Part shown: positions 6,598 to 12,446 of the stretch, piece by piece | Numbering within the stretch: position 1 is the first letter of the stretch | How the letters are laid out: every line of letters begins with the position of its first letter | IMG/VR virus record: IMGVR_UViG_2534681705_000018 | Span: 1-14,535 of that record | Reading direction: 5' to 3' (one strand) | DNA: 14,535 nucleotides | Origin: a virus | Lineage: Duplodnaviria > Heunggongvirae > Uroviricota > Caudoviricetes | The notes under the pieces: model-generated | The model's input: only the letters and a program-made list of their open reading frames with translations | Databases searched by the model: none | What the model was told of the DNA's origin: nothing | Made by a program: the position numbers and the translations under genes

Positions 6598-6937
6598 GCT
6601 TTGCCCCATCGTTTTTACTGATTATTTCATGCCCGGAACTTTCATCTACCGGATACCACGCAAATGATCCAGGTTCATCAGAAAGAATGAATTTTGTGTT
6701 TGGCAAATACATGCATTCGTAAAAACCATCTTCCTGATGATACGGTGCCATTCCATACTCACCAGTAAGAATCGGTAATATTTCAGAATAAATTTCTGAA
6801 TCACCAGAATAAAACACATCACAAATCGCCCATGCTGCAATCGGACTATACCAGTCGTTGCCATTATCATTCCTGAATTTTGCCCACCAACCCTGAACCG
6901 CTGGCGAAATATTTTTGGGTATAGCTTCAAGAAACAT
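6590..6937 (-). CDS. Orphan hypothetical protein (115 aa, acidic, Trp/Tyr-rich) in an AT-rich segment immediately after the origin.
   Basis: AAGGGGG lies 4 nt upstream of the ATG. Hand-counted GC for 6661-6720 is 21/60, against 39/60 for 6121-6180 in the next gene. No family recognised. Confidence 0.6.
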   Translation of the reverse strand: MFLEAIPKNISPAVQGWWAKFRNDNGNDWYSPIAAWAICDVFYSGDSEIYSEILPILTGEYGMAPYHQEDGFYECMYLPNTKFILSDEPGSFAWYPVDESSGHEIISKNDGAKHD

Positions 6938-7010
6938 ACAACCCCCTTTGCAACTCTATTTCTATAATTTCGTGATAAAAATTCCAATTATTCACACTAT
7001 TCCATTTTGA

Positions 7011-7290
7011 TTGTGAACAGTCGTGAATAGTTAGTGAACAGTTTTTTAATAACTGTTCACTATGTTTTTTAGTTTAAAATCATATGGTTATTTTGTTTCA
7101 GTGAACAGTTGAACAGTTACCCCCTATAGAATTTAATTTGCAGTGAAAATGATTCACTGTTACAAGTTACAATGCGTTTTAAAAGTTTTAGCCGAAACTG
7201 TTCACGGCGTTCATTTCGTCGATGAATCCAGTAATGACGCAGCTTTTAGAGGTGAACACTACTGTTCACCACTGTTCACCACTGTTCACT
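7011..7290. repeat. Iteron-type origin of replication.
   Basis: GTGAACAG is at 7013, 7034 and 7101. Its complement CTGTTCAC is at 7053, 7198, 7262, 7272 and 7282; the last three form the tandem (ACTGTTCACC)x3. One-mismatch variants are at 7023, 7109 and 7252. The copies flank AT-rich stretches and sit directly downstream of the primase-helicase gene, overlapping its stop. Confidence 0.75.
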
Positions 7291-9058
7291 TTTCATGGAT
7301 TTTTGGCACAGCGGGTAACCATTCATTAGCACTGTCAGCCAGCTCCATGTTGTAGCGCATTCCGACATTGGTCTTTGCCTTCTTATACTCAGCCCCATAT
7401 TCTTTCATCACTTTTGGGAAATCTTTGCCAAAATTAGTTAGATTTAATGGCTTATCGAAACCATAAGCATCCATATATGCAAGATATGCATGGTAAAGAT
7501 AAATTCGAGGGGCTCTTGGATATATATTCAGGTTTCCCATGAACATTCCTACAGCTTCACCAAGTTCGACAATATGGTTACAAAAAGCATATAGCGGATC
7601 AGTATGGCGTTTTACTTCCATTGCTTCTTCACCATCACGTTGCTCGAGCAGTAATGTTCTTGCTTTTTCGGGATCTGAAAAATTTACCAACAGCCTACGG
7701 ACTATTACCGGAATTTCCGCTGCAATTTTTTTGGGTAAACATGTGTCCTTGTTTTCTTCCGCTATCGGATTATTGAACTGAAAAATAACCCTACGGCGTG
7801 AAATACCTCCCGCTCTTTCTGTAAAAACCATCGGTTTATTATTTGTTATCAAAACAACTGAGCGTAAGACAGTGGTGTATCTTTTTTCATATTTCGGGTT
7901 AATTTGCAGAGGATCCCCACCTGTTATAGCTTTAATACCATTACCTTCACCAAAATATTTAGGTTGGTCCGGTAAAATAATCAGACTTTTACCAACTAGT
8001 TGCTCACGTCCACCAGCATCATCTAACGCTTTCATATCACTGCCTGCGGTGTTCTGCTCACCCGCCAACATTCTGGCAATTTGAGTAAACATACTTTTAC
8101 CACTTCCACCTTCGCCAGTTGCTTCAATGAATAATTGCCAGTCGTAGCGATTAGCCAAAACCATAAACAGAGCAGCACATATCCGCTTCATCTTTGATGA
8201 ATCGTATCCTGCTGCATGTGACAGCCAACGATGAAAATGGGGCGCATGGTCATGAATATTTTCACCAGGCGCAGGTGGCGTATAATAAATTCCATTATGC
8301 GAAGTGATCCAGTGCTCTGGTGAATGAGGTAAAAATCTACCACTTGTTATGTCATAAACTCCATTTTCAAAAGGTATTATGGTGTCACTCTGTTCTCTCA
8401 TTACGGGTACAGATATTTTTAAAGCATCAACCGCATTACTAATTGCCCGCTTACTGAAATTTGTCTTGTTTTTTTCGTAAATTGATACCATTTTACGACT
8501 CAACTCCATATCAGATATTTTTTCCCACACTCCAGAACAGTATGCATAAGCAAAATTGTTACCAGGGTGAACAGCTATTTCCTCAAAGCATTCAGCCAAA
8601 AGTGAAGCTCGCTCGTTATCCGCCATTCTGGAAAGAGAGATTTTGTGTTTTTTCTCAGTCCTTCCTGACAGAATATCCCCGCGCTCTGCCTGTTCGCGGA
8701 TCCGTTGCAGGTAATCGCGCCAGTTCTCCGGTTCCCGGTCGGTGATGCCTTTGTATAATTTCGCCTCCTGTACGCCAGCCAGCGCCAGCTTTTCAGCGAT
8801 AGCATTGATCTGGATTGGTTCGATCTCCCCCGCGAGATAGACACGCGCAAAGCGGCGTTTCTCGTCAATAATGCGGATATTCGCCAGGTCTGCCAGTTGC
8901 TTTGGCCCCAGGTAAACAGGTGGTACGTTATCGCCGTGTTTTCGTCCTTCGCTTTCAATCCAGTGTTGAGCATGGGAGTAAGCGTCCGTCCCGGCAAAAA
9001 TGATTACCTCGGTGAATTTATCCTTCGGCTGATATTTTAAATTCGGTGCGTTTTTCAC
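7286..9058 (-). CDS. P4/D5-family primase-helicase (replication initiator, SF3 helicase).
   Basis: Walker A is GEGGSGKS and Walker B-like is SLIILPD. A D5_N-like region precedes them (IPFENGVYDITSGRFLPHSPEHW). The start is a GTG overlapping the upstream TGA (GTGA), with GGAGGT 5 nt upstream. The first internal Met is only at about codon 154. Confidence 0.85.
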   Translation of the reverse strand: MKNAPNLKYQPKDKFTEVIIFAGTDAYSHAQHWIESEGRKHGDNVPPVYLGPKQLADLANIRIIDEKRRFARVYLAGEIEPIQINAIAEKLALAGVQEAKLYKGITDREPENWRDYLQRIREQAERGDILSGRTEKKHKISLSRMADNERASLLAECFEEIAVHPGNNFAYAYCSGVWEKISDMELSRKMVSIYEKNKTNFSKRAISNAVDALKISVPVMREQSDTIIPFENGVYDITSGRFLPHSPEHWITSHNGIYYTPPAPGENIHDHAPHFHRWLSHAAGYDSSKMKRICAALFMVLANRYDWQLFIEATGEGGSGKSMFTQIARMLAGEQNTAGSDMKALDDAGGREQLVGKSLIILPDQPKYFGEGNGIKAITGGDPLQINPKYEKRYTTVLRSVVLITNNKPMVFTERAGGISRRRVIFQFNNPIAEENKDTCLPKKIAAEIPVIVRRLLVNFSDPEKARTLLLEQRDGEEAMEVKRHTDPLYAFCNHIVELGEAVGMFMGNLNIYPRAPRIYLYHAYLAYMDAYGFDKPLNLTNFGKDFPKVMKEYGAEYKKAKTNVGMRYNMELADSANEWLPAVPKIHEK

Positions 9059-9345
9059 TTCTTACCTCCCGCAACCAACATTGCCCGGATTTTTTTAATA
9101 TTCGTGGCTGCACGTCTCGCCACCGCCTGTTGTTTGTTTTCCACCAGAATAAAATCACGCTCAAACTGACGGCGCGGCATTACGCAGTCATATTCGTAAG
9201 CCTCACGGCGGTAGGTGATATTGCCTGGCGTAACGTGACGAATAACCACTCGTCCCCCACGTCTGGTGTCGCGGTAAATATCTCCGTGTCTGATTTCAGG
9301 CCGAGCGGGGCCGCTGGCAGTAAAGCCAGAATTTTTCTTTTTCAT
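9055..9345 (-). CDS. Small basic hypothetical protein (96 aa); possibly a DUF4222-type prophage protein.
   Basis: ORF track. Tightly packed in the operon, with its stop overlapping the primase start. The family assignment is from memory only. Confidence 0.55.
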   Translation of the reverse strand: MKKKNSGFTASGPARPEIRHGDIYRDTRRGGRVVIRHVTPGNITYRREAYEYDCVMPRRQFERDFILVENKQQAVARRAATNIKKIRAMLVAGGKK

Positions 9346-9349
9346 GGTT

Positions 9350-9550
9350 TTATTTTCCTGTCAGCAGTTCCGGTTTTATTTCCGCACGAATACAGAGTTC
9401 AGAAAAAAATTCAGGAGAACCAACAATCTCATTACTTTTCAGTCGGCATTGTGATTTCACTTTTCCTTTATCCAGGTAAACCAGTATGCGTCCGGTGAAA
9501 TCATCTGGCGCACTCAGGGTAATTGTCATTGTTGCTTGCTGATTATCCAT
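9350..9550 (-). CDS. Small hypothetical protein (66 aa) carrying one copy of the FTG repeat domain.
   Basis: The start overlaps the upstream stop (ATGGATAA). It contains DDFTGRILVYLDKGKVKSQCRLKSNEIVGSPEFFSELCIRAEI. Confidence 0.6.
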   Translation of the reverse strand: MDNQQATMTITLSAPDDFTGRILVYLDKGKVKSQCRLKSNEIVGSPEFFSELCIRAEIKPELLTGK

Positions 9551-9908
9551 GATTCACCCCCTGAATAACCTGATAACCGCAACTGGTCAGCAATTCGATA
9601 AATTCCGGCAATGTGCCGAAACAGTAATCATCACGCAGACGTTCGCGGGATACTTCAACGCCGTTTTCGTAGTGACTCACCATGCGTCCGGTAAAATGCA
9701 GATCATCATCGTGATGGCACGTTAACGGCTTAATCAGTCGCGCACGTTCTGCCAGTTCCAGCAATGCTTCAACGCTTCCGGCAATTGCACCATCCGGCAG
9801 GTTGTAATTACGCACTATGCGCCCGTTCTCCACATGGACCAGTAGCTGCCCGGTAAATTTCTCGTCAAACTGAATGCGGTTAAGGTCGGTAAGTGACAGG
9901 TTAATCAT
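9543..9908 (-). CDS. Hypothetical protein (121 aa) with two copies of the FTG repeat domain.
   Basis: The start overlaps the Icd-like stop (ATGATTAA). The two internal copies are EKFTGQLLVHVENGRIVRNYNLPDGAIAGSVEALLELAERA and LHFTGRMVSHYENGVEVSRERLRDDYCFGTLPEFIELLTSC. Confidence 0.65.
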   Translation of the reverse strand: MINLSLTDLNRIQFDEKFTGQLLVHVENGRIVRNYNLPDGAIAGSVEALLELAERARLIKPLTCHHDDDLHFTGRMVSHYENGVEVSRERLRDDYCFGTLPEFIELLTSCGYQVIQGVNHG

Positions 9909-10104
9909 GGCGTACCTCCTGACGAATACGGGCGGCGAATACCATCACGCAGCCATCAGGAGATTGCTGGCGTGCTTCCTGTTCGCTGGTGGCCTCGATG
10001 TGAATCACGCGCGGTTGTGCCGTGCTCAGAGCGATAAAACGCCAGATGTATTTATTCAGGTTGTGCGAGTCCCGCCCTTGCGGGTGTGTGGTATGATTTC
10101 TCAT
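9901..10104 (-). CDS. Host cell division inhibitor Icd-like protein (67 aa).
   Basis: MRNHTTHPQGRDSHNLNKYIWRFIALSTAQPRVIHIEATSEQEARQQSPDGCVMVFAARIRQEVRHD. The pattern IEATSE.EAR....FAARI recalls Icd-like proteins of P4-type elements. It has its own SD (GAGG, 5 nt upstream of the ATG at 10104). It lies in frame at the 3' end of the 402-codon ORF. Confidence 0.6.
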   Translation of the reverse strand: MRNHTTHPQGRDSHNLNKYIWRFIALSTAQPRVIHIEATSEQEARQQSPDGCVMVFAARIRQEVRHD

Positions 10105-11109
10105 AGCTACCTCGATAATCTTGCTATCGTTGGTGGTTAGAAGCTCTGCGAGTGGTAACGACACTTGCGGGGCTTTGCCTTTAAGGTGCAAGTCACCTTT
10201 GAGGGTTATGCTACTTTTAGGTGACTTGCACTTCAAGCCTTTTTTTATTTTTTTTTCTACGTATACTGAACGCCACCTAACAGTAAGGAGGCCAGTAATG
10301 CCAACGGGTACAACCAACAACAAATCACAACAAAAAACGGCTAGAATCCCTCTAGAAGTTTTAAGCGAAATGAATTTGGTCAAAGAGGAAAACGAAACAG
10401 ACGCGCAGTTTATCGTTACAGCCATGCGTGGCGAGATCAAACGCCGCCAGCGCCGCAAGGCCAAAGAACAGGAGTAACCATCACCAGCGCCGTGGTGTGA
10501 GGAACTACGGTGCATCGTTTTACAGGGCAGCGCCATGACCAACAAAGAATCAACCAAAACACCATCACCAACTCGTAAGAGACGACGCAAAAATATAGCG
10601 CATGAACATGAATCAGAAAGATTCGCACCTTGTTCGTTTGCTCTTGAGAAATTCCTTAAAGAGCACAGGAAAAAGCTCTCGTTGCAAACCTTGGAACGAA
10701 CCAAATCTGACTGATCACATTGCCCACCAGCCGCAAATGTGGCATTGTTGGTGATGCGTTCAAGTATGTAGCTTTTCCACTGGCGGCTCTCTGCGGTCGC
10801 CTTTGTTTTATCCAGAACGAAATCAGACATCAGATTGATCAGCACCTGGCGACCTGACAAAATCGCATCAGTCGCGCCACCAGCAAAATTTTTTGCTTTC
10901 CGGACAGCGTGGCCAACGATATTTTGCAGCAAAATATTCTGCATTTCTGGCGTGCTGTGGCGACGGTGATCAGCGCCTTCACATTGAACGAACTTGTCGC
11001 TAAAATTCACCCACATAGCAAACATCGCGGTGCTGTAGGTAATTCGTTCACAAAGGCGCTCCGGCAACGGGGCGCTTTCTCTTTTTGTAACGGTCAGAGC
11101 GTTACACAT
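9901..11109 (-). CDS. 402-codon ORF as drawn, probably composite. Only the first ~140 codons (about 10690-11109) look like a genuine protein.
   Basis: The ATG at 11109 overlaps the antirepressor stop (ATGTGTAA), which suggests translational coupling. The N-terminal part looks protein-like. The middle ~200 codons are Cys/Ser/Leu/Arg-rich and cross the operator hairpin, a T-run and the antisense of the SD-bearing RHH gene. The last 67 codons are the Icd-like gene. Confidence 0.35.
   Translation of the reverse strand: MCNALTVTKRESAPLPERLCERITYSTAMFAMWVNFSDKFVQCEGADHRRHSTPEMQNILLQNIVGHAVRKAKNFAGGATDAILSGRQVLINLMSDFVLDKTKATAESRQWKSYILERITNNATFAAGGQCDQSDLVRSKVCNESFFLCSLRNFSRANEQGANLSDSCSCAIFLRRLLRVGDGVLVDSLLVMALPCKTMHRSSSHHGAGDGYSCSLALRRWRRLISPRMAVTINCASVSFSSLTKFISLKTSRGILAVFCCDLLLVVPVGITGLLTVRWRSVYVEKKIKKGLKCKSPKSSITLKGDLHLKGKAPQVSLPLAELLTTNDSKIIEVAMRNHTTHPQGRDSHNLNKYIWRFIALSTAQPRVIHIEATSEQEARQQSPDGCVMVFAARIRQEVRHD
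10185..10232. promoter_or_regulatory. Paired palindromic operators forming a 13-bp perfect inverted repeat in the divergent control region.
   Basis: GTGCAAGTCACCT (10186-10198) and AGGTGACTTGCAC (10219-10231). Each arm is itself GGTG-N5-CAC(C). The centres are about 34 bp apart. The repeat lies between the Icd-like start (10104, minus) and the RHH start (10298, plus). Confidence 0.55.
10298..10477 (+). CDS. Ribbon-helix-helix protein (59 aa), transcribed divergently from the replication operon.
   Basis: A consensus SD, TAAGGAGG, lies 7 nt upstream of the ATG at 10298. KTARIPLEVLSEMNLVKEENETDAQFIVTAMRGEI fits the RHH pattern and is followed by a basic tail. TATACT lies about 30 nt upstream. 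Confidence 0.55.
   Translation: MPTGTTNNKSQQKTARIPLEVLSEMNLVKEENETDAQFIVTAMRGEIKRRQRRKAKEQE
10535..10714 (+). CDS. Possible small basic protein (59 aa), below the ORF-track cutoff.
   Basis: Hand translation gives MTNKESTKTPSPTRKRRRKNIAHEHESERFAPCSFALEKFLKEHRKKLSLQTLERTKSD. It is in the same plus frame as the RHH gene, separated by a single TAA. The SD is weak. It is antisense to the long minus ORF. Confidence 0.3.
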   Translation: MTNKESTKTPSPTRKRRRKNIAHEHESERFAPCSFALEKFLKEHRKKLSLQTLERTKSD

Positions 11110-11950
11110 GGCTGTTTTCCTCCATGCGACGGGCTAACCAACGCTGCGAAAGACGAATTAATTCAGCCTTCCGCTGGTGGTAGTCCTGGCCTAACTCAAT
11201 CAGCGTGATATTGCTCTGCTCAAGGTAAGAAAGGTGCTCAAGCTGCAACGTGCTCATGTGGTCGCGTGGTTCGCCTGTAATGCCGTTCGCCAGTGCCCAC
11301 TGTTTTGCAGTCATGCCACCCAGCACGATACGCGCCAGCATGTTCGCTTCCGTGGTGTAGTGGTGCTGGAGTGTGTTTTTACCCAGTTCAGCCCGGTACG
11401 CCTCCAGCGCGGCACACATTGGCTTAAAGTAGCTGGCAACTGTGATACGGGCTTTCAGTTCCCGGCGTAACGCTGCGGAACGCACTGGCGCTACCTTGTG
11501 TAGCTCCTCCTCGCATTTGATAAAGTACTGGCGAACGGCGCGGCCCTGTTCGGTACGTTCGACCATCGCCAGTTCTTTCGCCATGTTCGTGGAGATCAAA
11601 TAGTCTTCACTGCGACGATCACCGCCGCGCTTTGTTGTCCAATCAAAATCAAACTGTTCAATATTTACACTTTGGTTCCCCCGTTTCGGGGAATCAAAGT
11701 ACAAATTTTCTACAACTTCAAAATCCACGCCATTTTTAAATCCGTACTCATCAATACGTCCTTTAATCCAGGTAGTGAAATCACGGCCTACCCCGAGCGC
11801 CTTATGCAACGCTCTGGCGCTAACAATATTGGTTTCACGCCCGCCAATAACGCCGGAAATAACCGGGATAATTTCGCCAAAATTTTGCAGATTCTGGTTT
11901 TCAGGCCGAACGAAGCCCTGCCCCTGTACGGGCGTTTTTCGCAGTTTCAT
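11102..11950 (-). CDS. Phage antirepressor, AntA/AntB N-terminal domain family.
   Basis: NIVSARALHKALGVGRDFTTWIKGRIDEYGFKNGVDFEVV and DYLISTNMAKELAMVERTEQGRAVRQYFIKCEE are typical AntA-domain signatures. AGGAG lies 5 nt upstream of the ATG. Confidence 0.75.
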   Translation of the reverse strand: MKLRKTPVQGQGFVRPENQNLQNFGEIIPVISGVIGGRETNIVSARALHKALGVGRDFTTWIKGRIDEYGFKNGVDFEVVENLYFDSPKRGNQSVNIEQFDFDWTTKRGGDRRSEDYLISTNMAKELAMVERTEQGRAVRQYFIKCEEELHKVAPVRSAALRRELKARITVASYFKPMCAALEAYRAELGKNTLQHHYTTEANMLARIVLGGMTAKQWALANGITGEPRDHMSTLQLEHLSYLEQSNITLIELGQDYHQRKAELIRLSQRWLARRMEENSHV

Positions 11951-12028
11951 AAAAACTCCTGCTATCGAATTAAGTTACTTTTATTTGCTGGTGGATAGCT
12001 GGGGGCTTCTGGCCCCGTAGCCATTTAA

Positions 12029-12226
12029 TCAGGTAGCTGTTCCGCGTGATTCAGCAATACGCTGATTAATCCACTCGTCAATTTCACTCTCAACGAAAGC
12101 AATCGCTCGCGAGCCAATTTTAACTGATGCAGGAAATTTACCTTGCCCCATAAGGCGATAAATCCATGCCTTGCTATATCCAGTTCTACGCTGAACTTCC
12201 GTTAAACGAATAAGCGTATTTGACAT
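12029..12226 (-). CDS. alpA: AlpA-family (CP4-57 regulatory protein-type) HTH regulator or excisionase.
   Basis: LIRLTEVQRRTGYSKAWIYRLMGQGKFPASVKIGSRAIAFVESEIDEWI is the canonical Phage_AlpA pattern. GAGG lies 8 nt upstream of the ATG. Confidence 0.9.
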   Translation of the reverse strand: MSNTLIRLTEVQRRTGYSKAWIYRLMGQGKFPASVKIGSRAIAFVESEIDEWINQRIAESRGTAT

Positions 12227-12328
12227 ATATTTACCTCATAACGTCTACTCAATTTGACGAGGTAATCATGGCACAGAAATAACGAATATTTTCATACCCT
12301 CAGGCCTAATGGTAATCGGGAATATTTT

Positions 12329-12441
12329 TACCCTAAGGGTAATAGTAAAATTGATGGGAAAGCATACAAAAATACCCTAAGGGTGAGGTCTGATTACCCT
12401 TAGGGTGAGACGCGAACAAAACATGAGATACCACTAGGGTA
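12329..12441. promoter_or_regulatory. Array of four 13-bp palindromes upstream of alpA: operators and/or an RNA terminator hairpin.
   Basis: TACCCTAAGGGTA (12329-12341), TACCCTAAGGGTG (12373-12385), TACCCTTAGGGTG (12395-12407) and TACCACTAGGGTA (12429-12441). A half-site, TACCCT, is at 12295. On the minus-strand transcript, copies 3 and 2 can pair (11-bp stem, 11-nt loop) and are followed by ATTTTTGT. Confidence 0.6.
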
Positions 12442-12446
12442 AGGCT

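Noticed and set aside
8567-8574. An extra GTGAACAG iteron copy inside the primase gene.
   Set aside because: A single 8-mer occurrence is expected by chance in 14.5 kb when both strands are counted.
9930-9938. GGGCGGCGA, matching the first 9 nt of the lambda cohesive end.
   Set aside because: Only 9 of 12 positions match, it lies inside the Icd-like coding sequence, and it lacks the flanking cosN symmetry. It is probably chance.
10186-10260. The 13-bp hairpin plus downstream T-runs as a plus-strand intrinsic terminator or small RNA.
   Set aside because: The T-run starts 8 nt after the stem, and no plus-strand gene or promoter lies upstream. A DNA operator is the likelier reading, though an RNA role is not excluded.
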